64,000 nt of DNA from Balanoglossus misakiensis (lineage: Eukaryota; Animalia; Hemichordata). The DNA lies in NCBI GenBank assembly GCA_040954595.2, contig CM082580.2, positions 10,146,390 through 10,210,389 of the forward strand, written 5' to 3'. Below are positions 50,560 to 64,000 of the stretch, piece by piece; the stretch's first letter is position 1, and each line of letters begins with the position of its first letter. The notes beneath the pieces were generated by a model. That model saw only the letters and a list, made by a program, of their open reading frames with translations, was not told the origin of the DNA and did not search any database. Made by a program: the position numbers and the translations under genes.

Positions 50560-51675
50560 TTATGAGTGCATGCATGTTTTAATGTGTTTTTTTTATTGAA
50601 TAATGACGAAAGATTACATATCTCAAAAAAACTTGTATTATCTATATACGCATCCCTAAGATGATCGGTACGGAAATAAACCACTCTCTGTATTATGAGT
50701 GCATGCATGTTTTTAATTGTTTTTTTTATTGAATAATGACGAAAGATGACAAATCTGAAAAAAAACTTGTATTATCTATATACGCAGCCCTAAGATGATC
50801 GGTACGGAAATAAACCACTCCCAGTATTATGAGTGCGTGTATGTTTTGAATATTTTTTATTGAATAATGATGAAAGATAACATGTCTGAAAAAAACTTGT
50901 ATTATCTATATACGCAGCCCTAAGATGATCGGTACGGAAATAAACCACTCCCAGTATTATGAGTGCGTGTATGTTTTTAATATTTTTTATTGAATAATGA
51001 TGAAAGATAACATGTCTGAAAAAAACTTGTATTATCTATATACGCAGCCCTAAGATGATCGGTACGGAAATAAACCACTCCCAGTATTATGAGTGCGTGT
51101 ATGTTTTGAATATTTTTTATTGAATAATGATGAAAGATAACATGTCTGAAAAAAACTTGTATTATCTATATACGCAGCCCTAAGATGATCGGTACGGAAA
51201 TAAACCACTCCCAGTATTATGAGTGCGTGTATGTTTTTAATATTTTTTATTGAATAATGATGAAAGATAACATGTCTGAAAAAAACTTGTATTATCTATA
51301 TACGCAGCCCTAAGATGATCGGTACGGAAATAAACCACTCCCAGTATTATGAGTGCGTGTATGTTTTTAATATTTTTTATTGAATAATGATGAAAGATAA
51401 CATGTCTGAAAAAAACTTGTATTATCTATATACGCAGCCCTAAGATGATCGGTACGGAAATAAACCACTCCCAGTATTATGAGTGCATGCATGTTTTTAA
51501 TATTTTTTATTGAATAATGATGAAAGATAACATGTCTGAAAAAAACTTGTATTATCTATATACGCAGCCCTAAGATGATCGGTACGGAAATAAACCACTC
51601 CCAGTATTATGAGTGCGTGTATGTTTTTAATATTTTTTATTGAATAATGATGAAAGATAACATGTCTGAAAAAAC
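50560..51675. repeat. 130-bp AT-rich tandem repeat, ~8.5 copies
   Basis: TAAGATGATCGGTACGGAAATAAACCACTC recurs at 50657, 50791, 50921, 51051, 51181, 51311, 51441 and 51571. Confidence 0.95.
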
Positions 51676-53052
51676 GCGTATTAATTATATTAAACCAACA
51701 GTCTAAGGGATGGGACCCACCCGCACCGGGGATTTTATTTATGTCTATATAACTTACTTGTTACGAAACTTCATCCACTGGTCTTCATTCAGCCATGGAA
51801 CATACAAACGCTCACCTCATTGTAGTCTAGCTGCATGGCCCAAATATACCGTACAACTTACCGTACACGCATGCACACACGCATTCACAACAACGAGCAC
51901 CTTTCGAAGCATTCAAAGTCGATGAACTTGTTGGTGCCGTAACAAAAATGACCCATGCACCGAGCATGTAGTCATGTTGGTTTTCAAACTGTAATGACAT
52001 CCACATATGGCATCCGTATTGTTGCATTCTTCAGATTCGTGCAAAATTGGTTCGCTGAACTGGCTACCGGCACCAGTCAGAATCGTTGAAAAATCTTAAA
52101 AATTGCCCAAAAAATGGCTAATACCGCTTACTTTGACATCATGCTTGTACAACATCATAGCATCCGCGTGGAACGTACAGCACCAGTTCATCTAGGACTC
52201 CGATCTGCAAAATGAGGAAACAAATTGAATGCCTATCCATGAACACGAAACCAAATATCAACCGTGATTACCGTACGCTAAACTGTTGTTCACTCGCATA
52301 TTGTACATCATACACTAAAACCGCATGGCACTGTGAACATATACATATTTTCAAGTTTAGGCCTATAGCCAAGTGGAACATTTTAAACTCCGGCAAATAA
52401 TATTTTTGGTGTCAAAGACTGCACGGATACACAAAACTAACTGTTCCAAATGAAGCGTTTTAAAGCTTATTTTTGCCATTGCCTGGTAGTATAATACAAA
52501 ATTTGCATTCGCTCACACTCTAAAAACACGCTGACTGCACGTGAACCCACCGTCAATTCATCGAACCCGCTGTCAATTCACCGTATCCCCCTTCCCCGAA
52601 AAAATTAACTACCTTCAAGCGTTTTTTATGTAAAAAAAAACTGCCGCCCGCCAGTAGAGCCTCAACACCGACTTGTCTTAATTTGATAAACCGTACATCC
52701 CAAGTTGAGTAACGCGAAAGGGTGGAATTAGTGAATTCAAACGCAGGGAAGCGCTGACTCGAGCTGTCTGGCTGTGACGCATCCATTTTTTGAATTCTGT
52801 GGTGTAGAACGTCTGGCATTTTAGTTGCCCGCAATTCGCCACAAAATAACCCATGTTTCTGGTCAATAATTGAGTTACTGTGTCTACTTCTGTTACTTTA
52901 CTTACCGCTGTCGTCGTGAAAACTATCCAGCGGAGAAACTCTGTTTTGGGGGCAGAGTTCTCCGCATCTTCTCGTGGTCCGTGCTGCAGCGTGGCCGTCT
53001 GACTCTCTAATGAAAATGCACGGAAGGCTAGACGGAAATTTCCAAGTGGAGG

Positions 53053-53125
53053 TGGTCCAGGTGGCGCCAACCAATCAGCAGCGAAAACTTTGCTCTGACG
53101 CGTCTCAAGTCACGTCACGTGACCA
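53053..53125. promoter_or_regulatory. Promoter module between the minus-strand transcript and SUGCT
   Basis: CTCF-like TGGTCCAGGTGGCGCCA, CCAAT box (53071), and GTCACGTCACGTGAC containing the palindromic E-box GTCACGTGAC (53114-53123). Confidence 0.45.
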
Positions 53126-53891
53126 GCATCAAAAGTGTTGACACAGTTACGTAACTGTTGAAATTTCGGATTACTTTTTTTGTCGTTGTTTGCCAGACAT
53201 TCTGAACATCACAAGGATTCCACATCCGAAAGAGTTTAGGCCTACCATGCGCTTTGAAATGTTGGAGTAGGGGAAAATCAACTGAACATCATCGTCACCT
53301 AATTATCTATTCAAAAACAATGCGTTCTAAGATTCTAATCAGAATGAAAACATTTTCTAATATCTGCATGTTTTACTCTTTTTGCCAGGTGGATAGACCA
53401 GATCGTGGTATTTCAACTATCGACCACACTTCATTTATATATTGGGCGACGAACCGCCCCGAAACGTTTCATAACTTGTAGGCCTACAACGCCCCCCCCC
53501 CCCCCCTTTTTGACCTTTATACGAGAAGTACATCAGCAGCTGAACAGCGAAAGTTCCCCTTTCCAGTATCCTGGAAAGAGTGACGAGCGCCAATGCCGAC
53601 AGAAGCCTTAGTTACTTTGTCTTGTCCAACGCGGCGGGGGCAGAAAGTTCAGTGACCCAGCAAGGATTATGTCAGGTCAAACACAGTTGTTCATTTCCAG
53701 CACCTTGGTACCTCCAATGAATTTTCCAACAACGTGCTTAAATGCCACCATTATAACGTTATAATAAAACTGATAGTCAAAACTTTCAATATCCATTTCT
53801 ATCCTAATCATTTCTGCGTTAAAAGGCGTCTCTTTCATTTTTACAAGAAAGGTCGATCGACGTTTTGCAAATGCAATGTTCAATATCCAAA

Positions 53892-56800
53892 ATGGCTACG
53901 TGCAGTTTGTGTGTACTTCGAAGAGCGACTTTGGCATGTGTGTTACCGCATGTCGGAAGATGGCCCTCAGCTACTGCGGGACAATCCTGGAGATGTTGGC
54001 AAGGATTTCCGAGGAGGAGACTTTGCACGGGTAAGAAAATATGTGATGAGTTAATAGGCTTCTCCCGCAATTTGTGTTTCGGTGGTTGGGAGAGCAGGGG
54101 ACAGCTCGACAGGCGTTACATTACAGTTATGTATGGCCGGGGTCAGTTCCGTACCTAATACACAGATAGAACCGAATTACGGTTGTCACAGTCCCTCAGG
54201 CAAAACCTCGAGCTACGGTACTGCTGCCGCGAATATGTGCCAGTGGACAAGGCTCGCGATCGGTTTTCGTTCTTCTTTCGATGTTTAATATTTCAGTGAG
54301 AAATATACAACAGCTGCAATCAGAAAGTGGTCAGGTTTTGTACACTAACGTTACCGTAACGTTGTTACTATAGTTTTGAGATTCAATCTAACCTTTGACA
54401 GATACACCCACAAAGAAGATTGGGCCACTGTCGGATATACGAATATTAGATCTTACAAGGTAAGCATGTGTTACGGTAATTCATACATGGCTGGTCGCAT
54501 CTGAGACTTGGAATTTGAGATGTCTTTTCTATGATCACGAATAAGAGACTGTTAAGCTTGCGTGGTTTGGTATGGACAAAGTTGCAGGCCACTCATTTTG
54601 TAGTGAACCGTTTCTGACTGTACGTGAAAATTCAAGCGAGAAGCTAAGGTGAATATTGATGTACAGTGTAAATGATTGATTTGCAGGGTTCTAGCTGGTC
54701 CTTTTGCTACAATGATTCTTGGTGATCTTGGGGCTGAAATCATAAAAGTTGAACAGCCAGGTAGGTAAAAGTTAAACAACAATAGAAAACTAGCTGAATG
54801 TCTAAATCTAAACTGTTCACTCAATCCCTCATAATCTCCAGTATTTATTGTCCTCTCCTTAAATAACAATTAACACAGGTCAAGGGGATGAAACAAGGAC
54901 ATGGGGTCCTCCATTTGTGGACCAAGAAAGCTGCTATTTCTTGTCAATAAACAGAAATAAAAAGGTGAGAGAAGTTTGACATTTTTTGTGTGTTTGGATT
55001 GAAACAAAATAACATTCATTGTTTCATCTGCTATTCATTTGCCTAATTTTTGCCAGTACAACAAAAAAAAACATCAGAATCTGTGAAGTTAACCAATACA
55101 GCTTTGATCACAATTCCATTTGTAAAACCAAAACTCAATGAATCAGTTTGATTTCAGAGCCTGACTGTGAATCTCAAAGACCCGAGAGGTAAGAAGATTA
55201 TTTATGAGGTGAGTTCATGAGGTACATGTAATAATGTAGTCCCCAACAATCTGCCTATTGGTGCTATGGAGTAATGCTTAATGTTGTGCTCCCTCTAAGA
55301 TGATCTACTGCTGATGTGGCATTCCCTCTAAACTCATTTGTTCTTTTTCCATCAGTTAGCTAAGAAGAGTGATGTTTTGGTGGAGAACTACATCCCCGGC
55401 AAGTTAGATGAAATGGAGTTGGGCTTCAAGCATTTACATGAAATAGCACCACATCTGGTCTACTGCTCTATATCAGGTAAGGTGTGATCTCTTACAGTTC
55501 GGATGATGCCAGGTCCCAAATAAATTAATCACTTTTAACAGTGGACCCAACACCTGGCAAGAGTCAACTGTAATACATGTACTGAGGATGTAGCTTTCTG
55601 TACTCTATCTAGCAGGGTTGCCAGATATGATGAACTAAACTCATCTTTGCCGAATCATTGCATTTGCTGATACACACGATTGCAGATGCAGCAATAGTTA
55701 CAATTGTCACATTCTTTGTTCCTGGCAGGATACGGTGCTGATGGTCCATACAGTCAGAGGGCAGGCTATGATGTCGTCGCTGCAGCAATGGGTGGACTTC
55801 TCCACATCACAGGTCCACAGGTCAGTTGAGATTTTATAAAGACTATAAGGGCAGTGTAGTCAAGCATTAGTTTGTAAATAAAGTCCCTCCTTATTTTTCA
55901 TCTTTCCAGGATGGAGAGCCAGCCAGGGTTGGTGTGGCCATGACAGATCTAGCCACAGGACTTTATTCACACGGTGCAATCATGGCCGCTTTGCTACACA
56001 GACAGAAAACTGGAAAGGGACAGAAAATCGACTGTAACTTGCTGTCAACGCAGGTATGGCAGGAACAGAAATTCCTTTTGAGATGCCTGGTTTTATTATG
56101 TATACAAGTAGTCTGACCATCGTCTCTTGTCTGACCATAGGTGGCAGTGTTGACCCACATCGCCAGTAACTACCTCAATGCAGGTATGGAAGCGAAGAGG
56201 TGGGGAACTGGTCATGGCAGTATCGTGCCCTACCAGGTGAGATGGTCCATTCATACACATAGCAAAATGTACTACATCTCATGAATTAATCTTATAGTGC
56301 TGATTTCAGAGTTGTGAAATTTACACAAGGCCTCCAGAGGGCACAGTTTAGAATATCAGCTTTGTCTCATTATGAACACTGTAGTATGTTTTCTCTTATT
56401 TTCACCAGGCATTCAAAACGAATGATGGTGGCTACATTATTGTTGGTGCTGGTAATAACAAACATTTTGCTATTCTGTGTCAGGTATGTGTTTAACTACT
56501 ACTCTACAACTGCTTTGTTTTATAATCCAACCATCATCATTTTTGTGTTGGTTTTTACCATTGCAAACAAGGTGCAAACGTGCGACAGAAAGCTGTACGC
56601 ACTTGGTCTTACATTGATGATTTTTTTTCCATCCACACAGCGTCTCAGTTTGGAACATTTGATAGAAGACGAGAGATACACAGATAATAAATCGAGGGTA
56701 ACAAACAGAAATTCTCTCATTGCTACATTATCGGAAAGGTAAAGTTTCAGCTTGAATTTGCATATATAGCAAAAATATACAAATGAGTTGAACAAATTTC

Positions 56801-57510
56801 AAAATAGCTCATTTTACTGTTACTTCATTTATGCAATCTCCAACATCTTGTATTTTATAACTTCTAATGAATTTGCATTCGCCCGTATGAAGAAAGTCTA
56901 CAGGATATACATCTGACATCAGAAAATTTACCTTTTATGGAGAAAATATAATTTTGGAGTTGTTTGGAATTTTCTTTTGTGGAGGTTTTCTGAGAAGTCC
57001 TTGGCAGAGTGGCTGGAAGTGTTTGAAGGATGCGGCATTCCCTACGGTCCGATCAACAACATGCAACAAGTCTTCAGCAATCCCCAAGTGCATCACAACA
57101 ACATGATACAAGAAGTGCAGCATTCGAGCGTAGGGACGGTCAAGGTCACAGGTGGGTCCAGGCTCTCGCTGATGGTGGGGTAGGGTGAGAATGGACAGGG
57201 AAGTGGTTATGATGGGGGGGGGGGGGGGAGCGGCAGCAGGAAAGGGGAGGGGTGAAGACAGGATTATGGAAAGTGACTCAAAGGACCGAGGGGGCATTTC
57301 TATAGGAGAGAACATGTCACACACAAAAACACCAGTCCTGCATTTCATATTTTTACAGGCCCAGCTGTCAAATACAGCGATGCTGGGAACGCGATACAAA
57401 TGCCACCGCCGTTGCTGGGACAACACAGCAGAGAAATCTTGCGAGAAATTCTAGGATACGATGAGAATGTGGTATCAGAACTGGCAGACGACGGAGTCAT
57501 CAGTGTGTGA
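53892..57510 (+). CDS. SUGCT: Succinyl-CoA:glutarate CoA-transferase (CaiB/BaiF family III), mitochondrial, 450 aa
   Basis: 13 exons: 53892-54030 (Arg-rich transit peptide), 54402-54459 ([13 protein letters not shown]), 54687-54760 ([22 protein letters not shown]), 54879-54964 ([16 protein letters not shown]), 55158-55208, 55356-55476, 55729-55820 (RAGYDV, catalytic Asp), 55910-56053, 56141-56236, 56409-56483, 56641-56738, 56985-57151, 57359-57510 (PPLLGQH). 1353 nt in frame. Confidence 0.93.
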
Positions 57511-58136
57511 TTCGGATCAAGATCTCTACAACAGTTGACGGTGTAATCTCTACATATGTGCTGCATTAGGATAATTTGATGCGAGATATTATATAACTTT
57601 AAATAATCTAAGACATAAGTTAATACGTGTAAATAAATCATGAACGGCAATTTTATGACATGCAAATGACAATCGGAGGGTATATTCTATAATAATTTTC
57701 TTTTAATTCATTTTCAGTGACTAGTAAATAATAATTAATGTACATGTCAGTCAGATGTGCATAATAATGTAGAAGTATTAGAGAAGATAGCAAATGGACT
57801 TGGAAGCAAATTTGAAAAAAAAAAACAGGTGCTATGTACAAATTATTTACAATTATTCTCTCTCTCATTCTGTCATCTGTAAATGTTATCCAGTCAAAAA
57901 TTGGCACAAAATATAAGGGAAAAATTATTTCATTTGTAAGTAGTCAGACTGATTTTTGTCAAACCCCTTCCCATTCATGAAATGTGATATCATCAGTCTC
58001 TGTATAAAAAAAATTATCTACTGCATGTTAACAAAAAAATCATCGAAACATCTGTGGGTTTCTCGAGGAGAGAGAAAATGACAATTCTGCACACATGGCG
58101 TGCACACACACATACATACAAAAAACGAACAGGCAA

Positions 58137-61100
58137 CTACAGAGGGTATACTGAGAAAGCTGATCCAGATGTAATGCCTTGAGTCACGCTCTCATCCTTC
58201 ACCGGAATAAAGTGCTGTGAAAAGGACAGTAACAATAATGGTAAAAGTTTGGCATATTGTATTTCTATCATCGCTTTCATACATGTACATTTAATAAAAA
58301 AGATGTGGAACAGAACATCTTTATGTAAATGGTAAAAATTAAACGATGGTGTTTTGCACAATATCACAGAGACAACGTGATTTTGACTTTAAATCAGATA
58401 AAATGTAAAGCTTTATCCTTCCAACCTACCATAGCATCTCCTTCCTCAAGCACGCGAGCAATTGGATTTCCAAAGTCTCTGTCCACAGAGGGTTTGGCAC
58501 CAAACTTTCCCAGCAGTCGGCAGGTATACAAAGCCACCTCTTCATCCAGCAAAGCGTCATGGAACAGTTGGTTAGCGTTACCTAGAATTACGGAAAGTTT
58601 AGAGAAATTATATGTCAGAGTCTTAGGCACTTAAAACTTAAATACTGAGGAAAAAACAAAACATGATAAGGTGATTGACTGTATGACACTCAACTCGTAC
58701 ATGTCTACTTACCTCGCAATGTAAATCTGGGAACTTTCAGATCCAACCTTTTGGGACTCTTTTTTTTCAAATTGGCACCGAGTGATAGGGATCCTCGCTG
58801 CATTACGCCGCGGCTGACCGGACTTCTTTCTTGTTCTGCCGCCGGTGTGGCAGGACTGGTTTTCACAGTGCCTGCAATTGCACCATCTGTATTTCTGTAC
58901 TCTGTTGCTATGGTTACATTTGAGTCAGAGTCCGCTGTAGACCAAACAGCCGGTGGAGAGCACACGTCTGTTGCACTCCTGCTCTGCGCCGGTGGGTCAA
59001 CTTTTTGCAACACTTCGGCTAATTGGCTGATGTTCGGCTGCACCTCTTGCTGCTGGCCAATAGCAACACTTGTTGTTTCTGGGTCTCGCGGCAAGACATA
59101 CCCATTGGCTGCATCCAGCAATCTCTTCTGGCCAGCCACAGGCCTTGTTACTCTGGGGGAGACAATCCTTGGAAGTGGAGAGTCCAATGTAAGACTGAAA
59201 GGGATTGGTGCGTTCGCGGCAGAATTGCAGCAGACAGCGGCGTTCTGCATGGCCATCGGCGTTCTGATTGGGGGATCGATGTCGATGTACGCCTGCTGTG
59301 AAAACAGTGGCGTTTTTGGCAGGAGGTGAGCAGTGTTCAGCTTGCCAGGTATGACAGGCTTGGGAGTTTGGATTTTCATGTAGGCATCATTCCTTGGCAC
59401 ACTGGGTCCCAGCCATCTGGCTGATTTCAGGGTGGAAGTACTGGTGGGTGGTAAACTGTAGGAAAAGGCCGGTGTTGTTGGACAGTTCAGTTTTGTCTCT
59501 GTGCGATTCTGTTGCAGGAGGTCAAACCCACTTGATGATGCTGAGCTCAGGTTGTTTGCATGTTTGCTCACTGTCTCCGCATTGGACTCAACACTGCTCC
59601 CTGACGTGGTTATATTCTGCTGGTCTTCCTTTACCTGGTCCAAAGGGAGTGCCGTCTCTTGTTTGAATGGCCACTGCACTGCCTGCTGTGCGCTGGCGAA
59701 CAGATTGAGAGGTGGCCCAGTTTGCGGAAGCCACCCCTGTGGGGCTGCGGGCTGAAACCGTTGGTGAGGTGCCAAGACGTGATTGTACGATTCTTGGTCT
59801 TTGAACTGTTTCACCTGCTTGGCTCTGGGAGCTTCTAGGCCGCCCGGGTGTTCTGCTGCGGCAAATTGCAGTGTGGTTGGCTGATTGGTGTGCGTGGTGG
59901 TGCTGGCCTCCTGGAAGTGCCATACCTGCTGTGCGTTTGTCCCCAAAACGTTCCATTTCTCTGACTGACAACCCAAACCCAGGGAGTCAGCCGGTATGCT
60001 GCTCTGCTGCTTCTGCTGCAGCTGCGAACTGGTCTGAATATTCTGGGTGACTGCAACACCAGGCCGCAGACTTCCCAGTGTTGAGCTGGGCTCTCCCTGT
60101 GTGCTGGGCACAGCCTGGCCTGGCAAACTCTTGAAATGCGAAGACTCTGAGAATCCGAGTTGATGATGGCCACTTTGGACATTCACTGCAGAGGGTCCAG
60201 GCATCTCGGGGCGACTGGAAATTGACCCACTTGAGCTGGACACTTGTCCAGTGATGTTTGTTTGATGAGAATCGGGGAACTGGCTTTGTTTTATCGTCAC
60301 TGGCAACTGGAGAAGGTTGTCTCTTTCAAGTTGTTGAATTTCCAACTCCAAGAGTCTTTCAGCTTCTTCCATTTCCTGTGAGTGGAATCAGAAAACAACG
60401 GTTGTCATTTTGTGGTATCATGCAGGGATTTTCATGCATTATTTCACAGAAAATTTGAGGCCAAAAATGCAACTTTCCAGGAGTGCAGGAAATGGCAGAC
60501 CTTACACTTCTTTCACACAAGCCACTTCCAGCAATCTTGTGTTTCCTAGCCCTGGTCTCAATAGGGTGCACCCTATTGCCTAGACTGATATCTGTGTGGG
60601 CAGTATTGGAAATAACTGAAAGTGTCACTGTACTCACTTTTAGCCTCTGTAAATCCTCCTCTCTTTGATTCAGTAGGTCGGCACTGGCATCCTCTCTGTC
60701 TTCATTCAGAATCAGTGCGAACGGTTTGGTTTTCTAAAAAAAAGAAGGGGGGGGGGGTTATTGACACATGTAAGAAAGTGACAATTTTTTTAACTTGGTA
60801 ACACTTCACTTTTGACGTCTGTAAAAAAGTTCTTTGAGGCTGAGCTGAGCAGTACTGTTTGGTTACTCAATAAAGCAATGTGGTGTAAAATATAAATACG
60901 AGTCTTTACCTCATCTTCAGCGTCATCTTCAGGACTTGACAACACATCTGCCCATTTTATAGTAGTACCTTTATTGGATGGCTGAAATGGAAGACGGACA
61001 TGTACGTTTGCATTTGCAACTGGCAAGCGGCACACCCAGTGCAGTAGCTGTTAACTGGGTGAGAGAAATCTCATGACTGCACTGCAACATGATTCAATAT

Positions 61101-63812
61101 TGAGCTACATGTATACGCAAAGCTCTGAAATCTGTCAACTTAAAAATATCGTTTTGAGGTGTCAACTTTCATTTTGAATTCTACTTTTTTTTACTAGCGC
61201 TTGAATTTAATGGCATAGGGTCATCCGTGACAGAATATGCAAGAACGAAAACAGTTTCACTTCATTTTAAATATCCTGTCATTTTCAAAGATTTGTCCTA
61301 TCACACAGAAAGCACGTTCAACAAGGCCTCAGTAGAAGACACACGGAGGGTTTGGCCTCATAAAACAATGTATAACATGGCAATCAATCAATCAAGAAAG
61401 GACGCCGCATGAACTACGACTATTAACAAACAAGGTGCAAAAAGACAAGAAGCAATGGTGGTTGTATACTCACTGTGGCCTGGTGGTCCACCTGCTGCCT
61501 GATAGCTGGCGAGCTCGCCTGTTTCAGTATGCGCCTTGGCAGGGTAGGGGACGCCGTCGACATGGTCTGGTCTTGCAGACACGCCACCTTTGGGTTAATC
61601 CGGAGTACTCTCAGCGCCTGGGTGGTAGGACACAACAACAACAGGCACGCACAGTCAGGAGAGAATCACAAAAAAAAGATTTGGAATTTGTGGGGGTGTG
61701 TGTCACACCCAAGTGCCCTTGGCCTGAATTTTTCGGCCAATAATAGACCCTGTTTTAGGGATCGCCCTTGTTCAAGTTTCACTTTGATTGTTTGTAGTTT
61801 AAAATTCTTTCACTTTTGCACAAGTTGCATACATAGCATGCAATGTGTGAAATTGGGGTACCAGTCCGCTGTGGGCTGATATTAAAAAAAGCGTCAATGG
61901 GGTTGGAGTGTCATATGCCCTACAATGTACATGTAGAACTGGCCGTTGAAGGCTATGTACGTTACAGCAATATTAAAATGACATAAAACTGCTTTCATAC
62001 GCAAATTTTTAATACTTTTCACCACAGGGGTGTTTTTTATTATTATCACAAGTGTTAATAAGTATTTTTTTATATTTCATTTCTGCATTATATTGAAGCA
62101 ATATCCCAGTGAACAAATATAATTTTGCTGAATTCGCAATAAAACTGTACAGTCAAAACACTCACCCACCCACTACACACCATGCAATGGTCATGTGTTG
62201 GAAAAGTCCATATGCCCGCATACAAAATACCACATACATATATACACACCACAGAGATGGTAAATTTTTTTGTGAGAACTTACAGTCCCAGCGGAGCGTG
62301 GGGTCTTGGGGTTGGCTGGCACTCGCCTGGGCGCGGTGAGCTCCCCAGCACTGTCGGCAGCTGTCCTCTTCCCGTCTGCCTGCTGCACGCGTGCATGTGC
62401 ACCAGTGAACTGCTCAATACCAATGCTGGTTTGGCTGACTGGGCTATCCTGTCCCACAATGCTCTGCTGCTGGCCTGCACATGATCAAACAGACAGATAC
62501 ACCAGGTTGGCTTTTATATATAGGCGCGGGGGTTTCCACTCTCAAAAATTGTGGCCAAGAATGCTAATTAGTCAAATTGGCCACTTCTTGACACCAAAAC
62601 TGAAACAGTCATAAATTATACTCTGATAGTCCCCAACCTTTGACCCCCGACCCCACAACTGAAATGGGGCATAGGCAACTTCCTTGAATTTTAGTGTCTC
62701 ACTCTGCATTACTATTTTTCACATTATCACCACAAAAATGAAGCATGTAGCCAAACATTTACTCTGCAATACACTACCATGAAAGTCCTGTACGAATTTT
62801 TTTTTATAGATTTAATGTAAAAATTACTTCTTCAATTTTTGACTTCATGCAAAGATTTTTTCCCCTCTCTTTTTTCACACGCAATGATCATACAAATTCC
62901 AATTCAAGTAACCACAAATTTTCTCTGCAATTGCGTTTATTGGGTTGACCCCACTTTGGAATCTTGTGGAGACATGCCATGATAATCAAGGGCCTCAGAG
63001 GAGTCCCAGAGTATATACTAAGTATACAACACAAGCAAACAGGTATGTACAGTCACATTCCTGTGTATACAGGTGTAACTACAGCGCGGGCCAGGTTTGC
63101 AACTTCAGTTGTTTTTCATGTAGACTTCCTCCCCCCCCTCCCCCCAACTTTGATTTACAAAGACGTCTTTATAACTTTTTTTTCTGGTAACTCATGATAT
63201 TCAAACATTTTAAGTGCCAGGACGCTACTTGTGATCATTTATCTCACTTGACTTTAAAGTTTGATAACTGAAAACAAAGGTTGCATTTTCAGGTACCCTG
63301 GACTGGTAAATAAATATCAATCAGACCATTCCATGAATCAATCAATAAACACCGCTTTGTGTGTTATCTGTTAGTATCAACTGAAACTAAAACAAGTTTG
63401 ATTTAAACGATTCGTACTCCACATACTGACCGACTTACTGGAAAACGCGAGCAGCGAGTTTCAAATAGGTGTTTCTGTCAAAGGTGACAATCCAATAAAT
63501 GTTAATAGCATGCTTCCCCATGCTTACAACCACACTATCCTGCATCTCAGTCACGGTAAATCAAAGCATGTGTGCAAGACTGCATTCATAAGCTTTTATT
63601 TCAAAACGAGCACAAAAGTTTCATTTGTATTTAGTCCAAAGATATTGCCCCTCTCTTCTCAAATTGTGCCCAAACTATTTACCTGTTGGTGCTGTTGCCT
63701 GTCTTTCTCCGCCAGTTATTGTCAATCTTTGAATGAAACGATCATGTAAGTTCCTAAAGGCTTTGTTCGGACTTTCATGTTTGGGTTTCTTGTAGTAAAT
63801 TGATGGACGTTC
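58137..63812 (-). CDS. TROAP: Tastin/TROAP-like protein, 5'-truncated by the window edge
   Basis: Minus-strand exons 63812-63683, 62474-62284, 61617-61474, 60981-60910, 60733-60638, 60375-58713, 58581-58430, 58214-58137, all in frame. Disordered S/T/P/Q-rich body. C-terminal FHDALLDEEVALYTCR..NPIARVLEEGDAMHFIPV matches my recollection of the tastin C-terminal motif (LDDECAFYT..NPVATLLEWQDALCFIPV). The gene structure is firmer than the name. Confidence 0.7.
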
Positions 63813-64000
63813 CTGAGAGACGACAAGAAACAATAGTGTCACGGAAGTCATATCTTCCAGGTGCAGTAAAAAATGTTACCATGGAAACAATCCTCTTGTC
63901 ATTTATTTCAAAGTCTCAACCCTGCGTAAAATACTTGTATTTGCTAAAATCATGAAAGAAAACACATTTTCATGGCATAATATTGGAAGAGTGAATTTTG

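Larger units (their letters stand above)
49130..52990 (-). ncRNA. Probable spliced non-coding (or pseudogenic) transcript divergent from SUGCT
   Basis: Minus-strand donors (GTAAGT ~52905, GTAATC ~52272, GTAAGC ~52131, GTAAGG x3) and acceptors (ttttgcag at ~52205, 50360, 50191, 50022, 49196); internally duplicated blocks; no continuous ORF found. Confidence 0.35.

Noticed and set aside
50860-50895. C box (ATGATGA) and D box (CTGA) in the 130-bp repeat as tandem snoRNAs
   Set aside because: Boxes only 12 nt apart, no terminal stem or recognisable guide, and opposite strand to the putative host.
58751-59755. Plus-strand ORFs (e.g. 192 aa) opposite the large TROAP-like exon
   Set aside because: Antisense shadows with no splice support or motifs.
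62950-63017. Extra TROAP-like exon
   Set aside because: Weak donor; exon 63812-63683 already joins 62474 in phase.

Overview
Intron-rich animal genomic DNA, most likely a marine invertebrate (short GT-AG introns, MITEs, CTCF-like motifs); the species cannot be named from sequence alone. Left to right: two tandem glutathione S-transferase omega genes (+), a Zn-dependent medium-chain alcohol dehydrogenase (-), two paralogous ~70-80 aa Cys-rich membrane proteins (-), and a 17-exon DEG/ENaC channel (+) with six LDL-receptor class A modules and an RKRR furin-type site in its finger domain. Next comes a 13.4 kb, 87-bp satellite that switches orientation near 29342 and has higher-order repeats. It is followed by two paralogous Pro/Gln/Tyr-rich genes (+), a probable spliced non-coding minus-strand transcript built of duplicated modules, SUGCT (+), and the 3' part of a tastin/TROAP-like gene (-). 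Exon models were built by hand from splice signals and reading-frame continuity; no database searches were run. Best novelty candidates: the LDLa-ENaC chimeric channel, the fold-back satellite, and the GSTO paralogue with a PTS1 mini-exon.
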